Shown here piece by piece: positions 1 to 9,823 of a DNA stretch of 64,000 nucleotides. Within the stretch, counting starts at the first letter, position 1; every line of letters starts with the position of its first letter. The notes under the pieces are model-generated. The model was not told the DNA's origin. It saw nothing but the letters and a program-made list of their open reading frames with translations, and ran no database searches. Origin of the DNA: Armatimonadota bacterium (GTDB lineage: Bacteria > Armatimonadota > SYMT01); NCBI GenBank assembly GCA_041690135.1, contig JAWLHY010000001.1, forward strand, positions 1 through 64,000, read 5' to 3'. A program made the position numbers and the translations under genes.

Positions 1-185
1 GATCTGCGGTAAGGTTCACCGCCGACCCGCACGGCTCCTTTCTGCCCAGCTTAGTACTTGGACACACAATATGGCTTAGTACTTTCACAGCCCCACGAGC
101 CCCTGTGCTACCTTTCCGCGGCACCGTGTTCAGGTTTTGATCAGGAGGCAGAGGTTTGCGGTGGTGGGTCGCGGCGACCGGAGTC

Positions 186-893
186 CTACCCGACCGCGCC
201 GAAGGCGGCGAAGCAGGAGTTCTTGTGGAGCACCTCGACCTGGGTGAAGCCGACTTCGCGGAGAAGGTCGAGTTGGAACATCAGGGGGCGGGGTGTGTCC
301 TCGTGCTCGATGTAGGCGAAGACGTGGTCGCGGTACTCTTCGCCCTTGAGCTGGACGAGGTACTCGCCGTACCGCTCCCACATCCGGTCCTGGACGGCCG
401 GAACGGAGTGCCGGACCAAGTCGGAGATCCAGAGCGAGCCGCCGGGGCGGAGGCTGCGGTGAAAGGCGGAGAAGACTTCCCGCCACTCCCGGTCCTCGCG
501 GAGGTGGTGCAGGACCGCGGCAGCCACGATCACGTCGAACCGGCCCTCGCCCAGGTCCAGTTCCCGGATGTCGCCCTGGAGGGGAGTGACGCGGCCGGAG
601 GTGTGGGGCGACACCCGCTCGACGGCCCGGTCCAGCATGGGGCGGCTCAGGTCCACCAGCGTAACGTCCATGCCCGGCAGGCGCTGGAGGAGCTTGAGGC
701 TGTAGTTGCCCGCGCCGCAGCCGACGTCGAGCAGGGAAGCGGCGGCCGGGGTCACCGCGGCCGCCGCTCCGGCGATCAGGTCCAGGACGAGGGGCGCGTC
801 AACTGTCGCCGACTGGCCGGTCTCCAGGTTGGAGAACCGCTCCACATCGTGATCAAACCGGTCCCTGATCTCTGCGACCGTTGCCTTCGCCAT
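186..893 (-). CDS. Class I SAM-dependent methyltransferase (CmoA-like)
   Basis: Motif I LLDVGCGAG, VDLSRPML, FDVIV..AVLHHL, LRPGG. Confidence 0.85.
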   Translation of the reverse strand: MAKATVAEIRDRFDHDVERFSNLETGQSATVDAPLVLDLIAGAAAAVTPAAASLLDVGCGAGNYSLKLLQRLPGMDVTLVDLSRPMLDRAVERVSPHTSGRVTPLQGDIRELDLGEGRFDVIVAAAVLHHLREDREWREVFSAFHRSLRPGGSLWISDLVRHSVPAVQDRMWERYGEYLVQLKGEEYRDHVFAYIEHEDTPRPLMFQLDLLREVGFTQVEVLHKNSCFAAFGAVG

Positions 894-915
894 CGATCCA
901 GCCTCCCGAAGAGTG

Positions 916-1187
916 GCCCGCGGAACATCGCCCAGTGGGCACCCGAACTACGCGGAAAGGGGAACCCGAAAGTAAACGGAACGGAGTTGCGGAGAGTGTC
1001 ACACACCTCTCTGCCCCGTCGTGACCCTGTTGAGCCGGAAACTTACGGGCGCACTCCAGAGCACACCGCATGCAGAAACCTCTGCCACTCCGAACTCATG
1101 AGGAAGTCCATCCCGAGCTTCTGATTCGGGTTTCCATCCCCTTTCTGCTACTTTTCCTTTCCGCGCCTTTCCGCGTGTTCCGCGGGC
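916..1187. repeat. MITE-like intergenic element with 12-bp terminal inverted repeats
   Basis: gcccgcggaaca (916-927) is the exact reverse complement of tgttccgcgggc (1176-1187); internal ttccgcg repeats. Confidence 0.55.
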
Positions 1188-1198
1188 AATAAGCGCCC

Positions 1199-1816
1199 CT
1201 AAGCCGCGGGAGCGACTTCGGGGTGGCGGGACTCGTAGGCGTCGATGGCGGAGGCGAACTGCAGGGTGAGCCCGATTTCATCCAGGCCTTTCAGCAGCAT
1301 CTCGCGCGCGCCGTCGGGGACGGGGAAGCTCTCCGTGACGTCGCCTTCCGGCAGGTGGGCCGTGACGGTGCGCGCCTCGAGGTCGATGGTCACCTGGCCG
1401 GGGCTGTGCGCGAAGAGGCGGTTCACGAACTCCTCGCTCACCTCGACCGGCAGCAACCCATTCTTGTAGCTGTTGTTCCGGAAGATGTCCGCGAAGCCGG
1501 GCGTGGCGCCGACCCGCGGGGCAATGACCGCGCGGAAGCCCCACTGGGAGATCGCCCAGACCGCATGCTCGCGGCTGGACCCGCAGCCGAAGTTCTGGCG
1601 GGTCACCAGCACGGAGGCGCCCTCGGCCTCGGGCCGGTTCAGCGGGAAGTCCGGCAGCGGTTCTCCTTTCTTCTGCTTGAGGTCCATGAAGAGCAGCTCG
1701 CCGTAGCCGACGCGCTCGATCTTCTTCAGGTACCGGGCGGGGATGATGGCATCCGTATCCGTGTTAGCCCGGTCAAAGGTGATGTACTTGCCCGTGTGCT
1801 TGACAAAAGGTTCCAT
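1199..1816 (-). CDS. leuD: 3-isopropylmalate dehydratase small subunit
   Basis: NTDTDAIIPARYL, NFGCGSSREHAVWA, FADIFRNN..KNGLLP, GLDEIGLTL; start reset to MEPF at 1816. Confidence 0.97.
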   Translation of the reverse strand: MEPFVKHTGKYITFDRANTDTDAIIPARYLKKIERVGYGELLFMDLKQKKGEPLPDFPLNRPEAEGASVLVTRQNFGCGSSREHAVWAISQWGFRAVIAPRVGATPGFADIFRNNSYKNGLLPVEVSEEFVNRLFAHSPGQVTIDLEARTVTAHLPEGDVTESFPVPDGAREMLLKGLDEIGLTLQFASAIDAYESRHPEVAPAA

Positions 1817-1838
1817 GCTCACAAGTGCTCCTGGAGAG

Positions 1839-2098
1839 AGCACGAAAGCACGAGAAAACGAAGGCACGAAAGGGGAGGGACTGCGCTAACTTCCGTAAAG
1901 ACGCTGTGGGGAACCCAAGCTGAACGCTGAATGGTACGACGGGATCAAACTCGCTAGCAGCGGAATGGAACGGCGTCACATTCCCTACGGCGCGGTCGTC
2001 CGCAGTACCCTCTATTCACCAACAACCTGAAAGCGCGCGCAGTTCCCTCTCCCTTTCACTCCGTGGTCTACTCCGTGTCTCCGTGTCTCCGTGGTGAA
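1839..2098. repeat. Oppositely oriented short tandem repeats in the leuC-leuD spacer
   Basis: gcacgaaagcacgagaaaacgaaggcacgaaa at left; ctccgtggtctactccgtgtctccgtgtctccgtgg at right. Confidence 0.6.
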
Positions 2099-2106
2099 AT
2101 CCGGGT

Positions 2107-3510
2107 CTAGGCGAAGTTGCGGACGTCGACGAAGTGGCCGGCCACGGCGGCGGCGGCGGCCATTTCGGGGCTCACGAGGTGGGTGCGGCCCCCGACGCCC
2201 TGGCGTCCCTCGAAGTTGCGGTTGCTCGTGCTGGCGCTGCGCTGCTGCGGCTTCAACTGGTCCGGGTTCATCCCCAGGCACATGCTGCAGCCGGCCTGGC
2301 GCCACTCCGCGCCGGCCTCGCTGAAGATGCGGTCCAGCCCCTCGGCCTCGGCCTGGGCGCGGATCTGCTGCGAGCCGGGTACCACGAGCACCTGGACGTT
2401 CGGGGCCACCTTGCGGCCCTTCAGGATCTGGGCGGCGGCGCGCAGGTCCTCGATGCGGCTGTTGGTGCAGGAGCCGATGAAGACCACGTCCACTGGGATC
2501 TCCTCGATCGCCGTTCCCGGCTTGAGGCCCATGTAGTTCAGGGCGCGCTCCACGTCCTGCGGGTTCACGAACGGCACCTGGTCCGGCTCCGGCACGCGGG
2601 CGGTGACATCCGTGGTCATCGCCGGGCTGGTGCCCCAGGTCACCTGCGGAACGAGCTCGGCCGCGTCCAGGTGGTAGTAGGTGTCGAACTGGGCATCCTC
2701 GTCCGTAACCAGCGTCTTCCAGCGCTCCAGGGCGGCTTCCAGCGCCTGGCCCTTGGGCGCGAACGGGCGGTCCACCGCGGTGACGAAGTCGAAGGTCTTC
2801 TGGTCCGGCGCAATCAATCCGGCCCGGGCTCCCGCCTCGATCGACATGTTGCAGATGGTCATCCGGCCCGCCATGTCGAGAGCGCGGATCACCTCGCCGC
2901 GGTACTCGACCACGTGCCCCGTGGCACCGCCCGCCCCGATGTCGCGGATCACGCGAAGGATCACATCCTTGGCCGTGACGCCGACCGGGAGCTGCCCGTC
3001 GACCTGCACGGAGTAGGTCTTCGACTTCACGGAGCGCAGGGTCTGGGTCGCCAGCACGTGCTCCACTTCGCTGGTGCCGATCCCGAAGGCCAGGCTGCCG
3101 AAGGCGCCGTGGGTGGAGGTGTGGCTATCGCCGCAGACCATCGTCTGGCCGGGAAGGGTGATCCCGAGCTCCGGACCGATGACGTGGACGATCCCCTGGC
3201 GGTCGCTCTCGAGGCCGTAGTAGGGGACCCCGAACTCGGCCGTGTTCCGTTTCAGCGTCTCGATCTGCGTGCGGGACAGGATATCGGTGACGTTCAGGCG
3301 CGTGTCGTCCGTGGGGATGTTGTGGTCCACGGTCGCGAAGGTGAGGTCGGGCCGCCGCACCGGGCGCCCGGCAAGCCGCAGACCGTCGAACGCCTGCGGG
3401 CTGGTGACCTCATGGATGAGGTGACGGTCGATGTAAAGGAGGGTCTCTCCGCTGGGCAGCACCTCAACGACGTGCGCGTCCCAGATCTTCTCGTAAAGCG
3501 TTTTTCCCAT
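2107..3510 (-). CDS. leuC: 3-isopropylmalate dehydratase large subunit
   Basis: [64 protein letters not shown]. Confidence 0.98.
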   Translation of the reverse strand: MGKTLYEKIWDAHVVEVLPSGETLLYIDRHLIHEVTSPQAFDGLRLAGRPVRRPDLTFATVDHNIPTDDTRLNVTDILSRTQIETLKRNTAEFGVPYYGLESDRQGIVHVIGPELGITLPGQTMVCGDSHTSTHGAFGSLAFGIGTSEVEHVLATQTLRSVKSKTYSVQVDGQLPVGVTAKDVILRVIRDIGAGGATGHVVEYRGEVIRALDMAGRMTICNMSIEAGARAGLIAPDQKTFDFVTAVDRPFAPKGQALEAALERWKTLVTDEDAQFDTYYHLDAAELVPQVTWGTSPAMTTDVTARVPEPDQVPFVNPQDVERALNYMGLKPGTAIEEIPVDVVFIGSCTNSRIEDLRAAAQILKGRKVAPNVQVLVVPGSQQIRAQAEAEGLDRIFSEAGAEWRQAGCSMCLGMNPDQLKPQQRSASTSNRNFEGRQGVGGRTHLVSPEMAAAAAVAGHFVDVRNFA

Positions 3511-3582
3511 GGCTGGCATGTCTCCCGGCGTAGTGTAACTTACCGCAACTGATTATTCCAGCACTCCTTTGCTATCATTTGG

Positions 3583-3597
3583 ATAGGCAAAGGCTAT
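3583..3597. promoter_or_regulatory. LysR-type recognition site (T-N11-A dyad)
   Basis: ATAG-gcaaagg-CTAT between divergent leuC and the LysR gene. Confidence 0.65.
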
Positions 3598-3724
3598 AGG
3601 TTGCAGTCCTGACTTCCGCCTGCCCATGTATGACTGGGCGAGTGAACTCGCGGCTACAAACAGCGACTGCCCAGAGGGCGCCCGCCTGCGTCGGCTAGAG
3701 TCGAGGGTGTGTCCGGCGAAGACG

Positions 3725-4597
3725 ATGGAGATCTTCCAACTCAAGTATTTTGTTACGGCGGCGCGTCTGCTCCACTTCAGCCGGGCGGCGGAGGAGCTGT
3801 ATATTTCGCAGCCATCACTCTCGTTGCAGATCGGGAAGCTGGAGGCGGAGCTCGGCGCGCCGCTCTTTCACCGCCAGGGGCGGCGGGTCAGCCTCACGGA
3901 TGCCGGGGAGGCGCTGCTGCCGCTGGCCGAGCGCATCCTTGAGCAGGAGGAGGAGGCGCGGCGGGTGGTGCAGCAGGTCGCCGGTTTGGAGCGCGGCCGG
4001 CTATCGCTCTGCGCGCTGCCGGCCCTGGACCAACATCTCCTCCCGCCGTGGCTGGCCCGCTTCCGCCGGGAGCACCCAGGTGTGGAGATCCGGGTGCGCG
4101 AGCTCCGGCCCGCGCGGGCCGTCGCCCAGGCGGTGCTGGCCGGTCGCGCCGACCTGGGCTTCGTCCACCTTCCGTGCGAGCACGAGGGGCTGGAAGTCCG
4201 CCCGCTGCTCCAGGATCCGTTCGCCCTGGTCGTGCCGGAAGGGCACCCGCTGGCCGGGAGGTCGCAAGCCTCGCTGGAAGAAACCGCGGGCGAGGACTAC
4301 GTGTGGGTCAGCGAGGCCCAGGACTCCGAGCACCCGCTCTATGCCGCCTGCCTCCGGGCCGGGTTCACCCCTCGGATCGTCTGCCAGAGCGGCAGCGCCC
4401 AGGGGGTACTGGCCCTGGTCGCCGCCGGGCTGGGGATTGCGCTGCTGCCCCGCCTGGCGATCGAAGCACGCCCCGGGACGCGGGTCATCTCCCTTACGGA
4501 TCCCGAGCAGTTCCGCACGTTGGCTGTCCTGTGGCAGCCGGACACCTTGAGCCACTCCGCCCGACGTTTCCTGGACCTCTGTGACCCTGACCCCTAA
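3725..4597 (+). CDS. LysR family transcriptional regulator
   Basis: MEIFQLKYF...HFSRAAEELYISQPSLSLQIGKLEAELGAPLFHR HTH; C-terminal substrate-binding domain. Confidence 0.95.
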   Translation: MEIFQLKYFVTAARLLHFSRAAEELYISQPSLSLQIGKLEAELGAPLFHRQGRRVSLTDAGEALLPLAERILEQEEEARRVVQQVAGLERGRLSLCALPALDQHLLPPWLARFRREHPGVEIRVRELRPARAVAQAVLAGRADLGFVHLPCEHEGLEVRPLLQDPFALVVPEGHPLAGRSQASLEETAGEDYVWVSEAQDSEHPLYAACLRAGFTPRIVCQSGSAQGVLALVAAGLGIALLPRLAIEARPGTRVISLTDPEQFRTLAVLWQPDTLSHSARRFLDLCDPDP

Positions 4598-4715
4598 CTA
4601 AGTAACGGGAAGGCAGGAACATGTTTGGCTGGCGGCCAACTGGCCTTCGAGTCGCCATGTAAGCTGCCGAGCCAAATCATTCGATACGTGGAACGGGTGC
4701 GGAGAGGGGATCGGG

Positions 4716-7700
4716 ATGGGACCGCTACGTGAACGGCCGCGCGTCCGGGCCGGGTTCGTACTTGCGCTGCTGCTTTGCCTGGGCTTGTTCTTGCCGCTGC
4801 AGGCGCCCGCGCAGACTTCGTCCGGTCCGGTTTTCAACCCGGCGACCGGCCACTGGTATGAGAGCGTTGGCGTGGTCGGCGGGATCACCTGGGCCGATGC
4901 GAAGGCGGCCGCCGAGAGCCGTTCCTACCAGGGGCGACAGGGCTATCTCGCCACACTGACCACCGCGGAAGAGAACCAGTGGCTAGGCGCCAACCTTCCC
5001 CTCGCCAAGCAGGGGAAGTACCTGCTGGGCGGCTTCCAGCCCGCGGGGAGCCCGGAGCCGGCGGGCGGGTGGCGCTGGGTTACGGACGAGCCCATGAACT
5101 ATATCCACTGGGATCAGGGCGAGCCGAATAACGTCCTGACCGCGGAGGAGGTTCTCGCGCTGGCGACCACCGGGCGCTGGAACGACGCACGCGGTTCCGA
5201 CCTGCACCCGGGCTATGTGGTGGAGTATGGCCTGACTCCCCCCACAGCCCAACTGATCACCTTTGCGCCGCCGGTCGATATCCCGATCTTCTTTCCGGCC
5301 GATCTCTCCGCCATCGATTTGGACCAGGACGGCCACCTGGATATCTGCGCCGCCTCCAACAACGACATTGCGATCCTATACGGCCGCGGGGACGGGACCT
5401 TTCAGAACCCCCTCTACCTGGGCCTGAACGCGTACATTGCCCAGACGATCGCGGCGGACGTGGACGGCGACGGCGACCTGGACATCATCGCGGCGGGCGC
5501 CACGACCGTCCACGTGGTGCGGCGCAACCTGCCGCGCACCTACGCCTTACCGGAGCGCTACGTGGTGGTCCCGAGCCGGGTGTATGGGGTTCACGCCCGC
5601 GACTTCAACGGCGACGGCCGTCCGGAGATCGCCGTGTCGAACCACGACGGTCACCGCCTGGTGATCCTTCCCAACCAGGGTAACGGCACCTACGGGACGC
5701 CCACCAGTTACAACGCCGGAAGCTTCCCCGGACGCATCACCAGCGCCGATTGGAATGGCGACGGGCGCGTGGACCTGGCCATGACGAACATCGTCAGCGG
5801 TACCGTCTCCCTGTATTACGGCAATGCGCAGGGCGGGTTCTCTTCCCAGGTGACGGTCAGCACCAACGGGCAGTACCCCACCCAACTCGTCACCACCGAT
5901 ATGAACGGGGACGGCATCCTCGACCTGGTCACCGGCAATACGTTCGGGCACACGGTGGCGATCCTCCGCGGAAACGGCAACGGCACGTTCCAGGCCGGAG
6001 TCACCTATCCGGGCAACACCTATCCCCACATCCTGGCGGCCGTCGACCTGGACAACGACGGGGACCCCGACATCGCCACACCCAACAACGGGACCAACTA
6101 CTTCACGGTGCTGCGAAACACCGCGGGAGTGCTGGGGGCACCGCTGGGCTTCACTTCCACCGGGAACAACACCCGCACCCTGGCCGCGGGCGACTTCAAC
6201 GAGGACGGGCGGATCGACATCGTCGTCGGCAACGAGTCCAGCTCGAGCCTGTCGCTGTTCCTCAACACCACGGCATTCCCGGCCCCAGTCGCCCCAGTCG
6301 GCCTGGTGAGCTGGTGGAGAGGGGAGGGGAACGCGCAAGACGCCACCGGCCGCAACCCGGGGCAACTGGCCAACGGGACGAACTTCGCCCCCGGCGTGGT
6401 GGGGCAAGCGTTCTCATTCGACGGGATCAACGACGGCATCAACCTGGGAGATCCGGACAGCCTGAAGCTGACCCAGTCGTTCACCTTCGCCGCCTGGATC
6501 TACGTTCAGTCGCTCCCGCCCGCCGGCTTCGGGCGCTTCATCCTGTTCCGCGGCGACAACCGGGGCGGGTTGGACCCGTACCAGTTCGTGGTGCAATCCA
6601 ACGGCAACCTCGCCGTGGGGATCAATTCGCTCTCCGCTTCGCACGGGCTTGCCACGCCGATCCAGACGGGGCGCTGGGTCCACGTGGCCGCCACGCTCGA
6701 TCATGCTTCCAACGCGCTGCGTCTCTATCTGGACGGACAGCAAGTCGCGCAGAGCACCACACCTACCCGTCCGTTCCGCAACCTGGACCCCACCCAGAGC
6801 CCGGGCGTGGGGATCGGCAACGTTCAGTCCGTACCGAACCCGTTCCACAACCACCCCTTCCATGGCCGGATCGACGAGCTCCAGGTGTACGACCGGGCGC
6901 TGACGGCCCCGGAGATCGCCGAGCTCGTGGGACCGGTGCCCTCCGCACCCCCCGCACCGGTCAACCTGCAGGCGACCCCGGTATCCGAGAGCGAGATCGA
7001 GCTTCTCTGGCAGGACAACAGCTCGAACGAAACGTCCTTCGAGGTGGAGCGCCGCACCGAGGCGACACCCTATGCCCCCATCGCGTCGCTGGGGGCCAAC
7101 ACCAACTTCTACAGCAGCGGCGGACTGAGTGCCGAAACGCGCTACTACTTCCGGGTCCGCGCCCGGAACGCATTCGGCGAGTCGGCCTACTCGAACGAAG
7201 CGGATGCCATTACCCTTGCACCGCCCCCGCCCCCGCCGCTTCCCGCCGCCCCGAGCGGGCTGGTTGCCACACCGGTCTCCAGCGCGGAGATCGACCTCAC
7301 CTGGCAGGACAACAGCACGACGGAGACGGCCTTCCTGATCGAGCGGAAGACCGGCTCGGATCCCTTCGCGCAAATCGCCTCCGTGGGCGCCAACCTCCGC
7401 TCATACCGCAGCAGCGGCCTGAACGCCAGTACCGGCTACGTCTACCGGGTGCGGGCGCGGAACGCCACAGGCGACTCCGCCTACTCGAACGAGGCAACCG
7501 GCCTTACATTCCCGCTGCCTCCCCCGGCTTTCGCGGCCGCGGCCGCCTCCGCCTCGCAGATCAACCTCACCTTGACCGACGGCAACAGCACGCCGGTCGG
7601 GCACCGGATCGAGCGCTCGGCCAATGGGGGCGCCACCTACGTGGAGGTCGCCGCGCTCCCGGCGGGCACAACGAGCCATGCCGACACGGGGCTGGATGCC

Positions 7701-9764
7701 GACCGGACGTATCACTACCGCGCGCGGGCCGTCAATGCCTCGGGTTTTTCGGTCTACTCTCCCGTCAGTAGCGCCCGGACCCTACCCACGCCGCCCGGAC
7801 GGCCGGAGAACCTGGCGGCCGCGTATCTCGCCGGCCTGGGAGTTCGCCTCACCTGGACGCCCGGTGCGGGCAGCACCCCGGCGGGGATCAAAGTCGAGCG
7901 CTCGGAAAACGCCGGGGGAACCTTCACCCAGATCGGCGTAACCGCGGGGACAGGGGTCCTCTTCGACGACACGACGGCACAGTTGGACCGTGTGTACCTG
8001 TACCGGGTGCGCGCCTACAACGACGGGGGCCACTCGCTGTTCACGCTGCCCGTTACGCTGACCACCCCGCCCGCGGCCCCGACCCAACTGGCGTTGACGG
8101 AAGTCACAGCGACCCGGATCACGCTGACCTGGCACGACAACAGCGGGACGGAATCGGGCTACCGGATCGAGCGGCGGGTGAACAACAACCCCTTCGGATT
8201 CCTGGTGCAGGTGGGGGCGAACGCCCAGACGTACGCCGACAACTCGGTATCCGGCAACGCCACCTACACTTATCGGGTCCGTGCCCTGGGCCCCGGCGGC
8301 GAATCTCCCTGGTCGAACGAGGCCGGCGCCCTGGCCGCTCCCGCCCCGCCGGTGGCGGTGAGTGCGACCGCCCTCTCCAGCCACACGGTGAAGATCGAGT
8401 GGACGGACAGCAACCCGAGCTTCGTGCAGCATAAGCTGGAACGCTCCACGGATGGGGGAGTCACGTTCAGCCAGGTGACCGTGCTGAACCCGGGCGTTGC
8501 GGAGTACCAGGACACCGGTCGGGGTGCCAACACTCCCTACCACTATCGTTTGCGCGCGTCCAACGCCTCCGGCGATTCCCAATATTCCCCCACCGTTTCC
8601 GCCCTGACCTACCCCGTGGCGGCGGCCAACCTGGTGGTCATGCCGGTCTCCGCGTCGCGGCTCGACCTCCAGTGGACGGACGGCAATCCCCGTTCCTGCG
8701 CGCACCGCATCCAGCGATCGACCGATGGCGGCAACACTTTCACGACACTGGCGACCCGACCCGCGGGAACGACCACCTACGCGGACGAGAGCTGCCAGCC
8801 CAACTCCACTTACCGCTACCGCGTAGCGGCGGAGAACGCCTCGGCCGTTTCGGCCTACACGGCCACAGTCCAGGGCCTTACGCGCCCAGCGGCACCGGCG
8901 GACTTCACGGCGGCCGGCATCTCGCAGACGCGCATCCGCCTGCAGTGGAGCGATACCAACCCCACGCCCGTGGCACATCAGGTCGAGCAGTCCCTGGACG
9001 GGGGCGGCGCCTTCTCCTTGCTGGCAACCGTACCCGCCGGCACTACCACGTACGAAGTGGAAGTCGCCAACCCGGCGATCACCTACGTGTACCAGGTCCG
9101 GGCCATCAACGCCAGTGGCCCCTCACCGTTCGCCGGCCCGGTGAGCGCAGCCGTGCTCCCGGCGCCTCCCGCCGCACCGACCGGATTGATCGCCCGCGCC
9201 ATCACGCCCGACCAGATCGAAGTGCTCTGGGGAGACCAGAGCGCCAACGAGACCGGGTTCGAACTGGAACGGCGCACGCCGACCGGTGCCTTCACACTCC
9301 TGGCCTCGCTCGCCGCCAACACCACCCGGTACCTCGACACCGACCTGGGTGTGGAAACCACCTATATCTACCGCCTGCGCGCCGTCAACGCGGGAGGCGC
9401 TTCCGCGTACACCTCCGAGGTCCTGGTGGAACGTCCGCAGGGTGGGAAGCTGGTGGTTGCCCCGGCAAAGGTGAACTTCGGCACCCACCGCATCCGGAGG
9501 GGCGGGCCCCGGCCGGTCCGCCGCATCGTCACCCTGCGGAACACCGGTCGCGGTAGCCTGGGCGTGAGCATCGGTTCGCTCGGCGCGCCGTTCCAGATCA
9601 CCGCCGGGAGCGGCAGTTACACTCTGGGACCGCGCAAAAGCCTGAAGGTCCGGGTTGAGTTCACGCCGACAACGTCCGGCACCTATTCGGCCGTGCTGAG
9701 CGTGACCTCCACCGACCCGGCGAAGAGCAGCGTGCAGGTGCCGGTGAGCGCTCGCGTAAGGTAA
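4716..9764 (+). CDS. Large secreted adhesin-like protein: C-type lectin, FG-GAP repeats, LamG, nine FN3 repeats, C-terminal Ig-like (choice-of-anchor D/ASH-like) domain
   Basis: Signal peptide; WDQGEPNN..WND lectin motif; repeated D-x-N/D-G-D-G-x-x-D; FHGRIDELQVYDRAL; nine LxW-D...YxYRVRA repeats. Confidence 0.88.
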   Translation: MGPLRERPRVRAGFVLALLLCLGLFLPLQAPAQTSSGPVFNPATGHWYESVGVVGGITWADAKAAAESRSYQGRQGYLATLTTAEENQWLGANLPLAKQGKYLLGGFQPAGSPEPAGGWRWVTDEPMNYIHWDQGEPNNVLTAEEVLALATTGRWNDARGSDLHPGYVVEYGLTPPTAQLITFAPPVDIPIFFPADLSAIDLDQDGHLDICAASNNDIAILYGRGDGTFQNPLYLGLNAYIAQTIAADVDGDGDLDIIAAGATTVHVVRRNLPRTYALPERYVVVPSRVYGVHARDFNGDGRPEIAVSNHDGHRLVILPNQGNGTYGTPTSYNAGSFPGRITSADWNGDGRVDLAMTNIVSGTVSLYYGNAQGGFSSQVTVSTNGQYPTQLVTTDMNGDGILDLVTGNTFGHTVAILRGNGNGTFQAGVTYPGNTYPHILAAVDLDNDGDPDIATPNNGTNYFTVLRNTAGVLGAPLGFTSTGNNTRTLAAGDFNEDGRIDIVVGNESSSSLSLFLNTTAFPAPVAPVGLVSWWRGEGNAQDATGRNPGQLANGTNFAPGVVGQAFSFDGINDGINLGDPDSLKLTQSFTFAAWIYVQSLPPAGFGRFILFRGDNRGGLDPYQFVVQSNGNLAVGINSLSASHGLATPIQTGRWVHVAATLDHASNALRLYLDGQQVAQSTTPTRPFRNLDPTQSPGVGIGNVQSVPNPFHNHPFHGRIDELQVYDRALTAPEIAELVGPVPSAPPAPVNLQATPVSESEIELLWQDNSSNETSFEVERRTEATPYAPIASLGANTNFYSSGGLSAETRYYFRVRARNAFGESAYSNEADAITLAPPPPPPLPAAPSGLVATPVSSAEIDLTWQDNSTTETAFLIERKTGSDPFAQIASVGANLRSYRSSGLNASTGYVYRVRARNATGDSAYSNEATGLTFPLPPPAFAAAAASASQINLTLTDGNSTPVGHRIERSANGGATYVEVAALPAGTTSHADTGLDADRTYHYRARAVNASGFSVYSPVSSARTLPTPPGRPENLAAAYLAGLGVRLTWTPGAGSTPAGIKVERSENAGGTFTQIGVTAGTGVLFDDTTAQLDRVYLYRVRAYNDGGHSLFTLPVTLTTPPAAPTQLALTEVTATRITLTWHDNSGTESGYRIERRVNNNPFGFLVQVGANAQTYADNSVSGNATYTYRVRALGPGGESPWSNEAGALAAPAPPVAVSATALSSHTVKIEWTDSNPSFVQHKLERSTDGGVTFSQVTVLNPGVAEYQDTGRGANTPYHYRLRASNASGDSQYSPTVSALTYPVAAANLVVMPVSASRLDLQWTDGNPRSCAHRIQRSTDGGNTFTTLATRPAGTTTYADESCQPNSTYRYRVAAENASAVSAYTATVQGLTRPAAPADFTAAGISQTRIRLQWSDTNPTPVAHQVEQSLDGGGAFSLLATVPAGTTTYEVEVANPAITYVYQVRAINASGPSPFAGPVSAAVLPAPPAAPTGLIARAITPDQIEVLWGDQSANETGFELERRTPTGAFTLLASLAANTTRYLDTDLGVETTYIYRLRAVNAGGASAYTSEVLVERPQGGKLVVAPAKVNFGTHRIRRGGPRPVRRIVTLRNTGRGSLGVSIGSLGAPFQITAGSGSYTLGPRKSLKVRVEFTPTTSGTYSAVLSVTSTDPAKSSVQVPVSARVR

Positions 9765-9823
9765 GTCCTAGCGGCTCAAGACTGGAACTGGTGCTGGATT
9801 TACCGCGAGAACAGGAGTAAAGG

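Noticed and set aside
3520-3600. Leu-rich leader peptide attenuator for leuC
   Set aside because: No Leu-codon run or terminator; a LysR box is present instead
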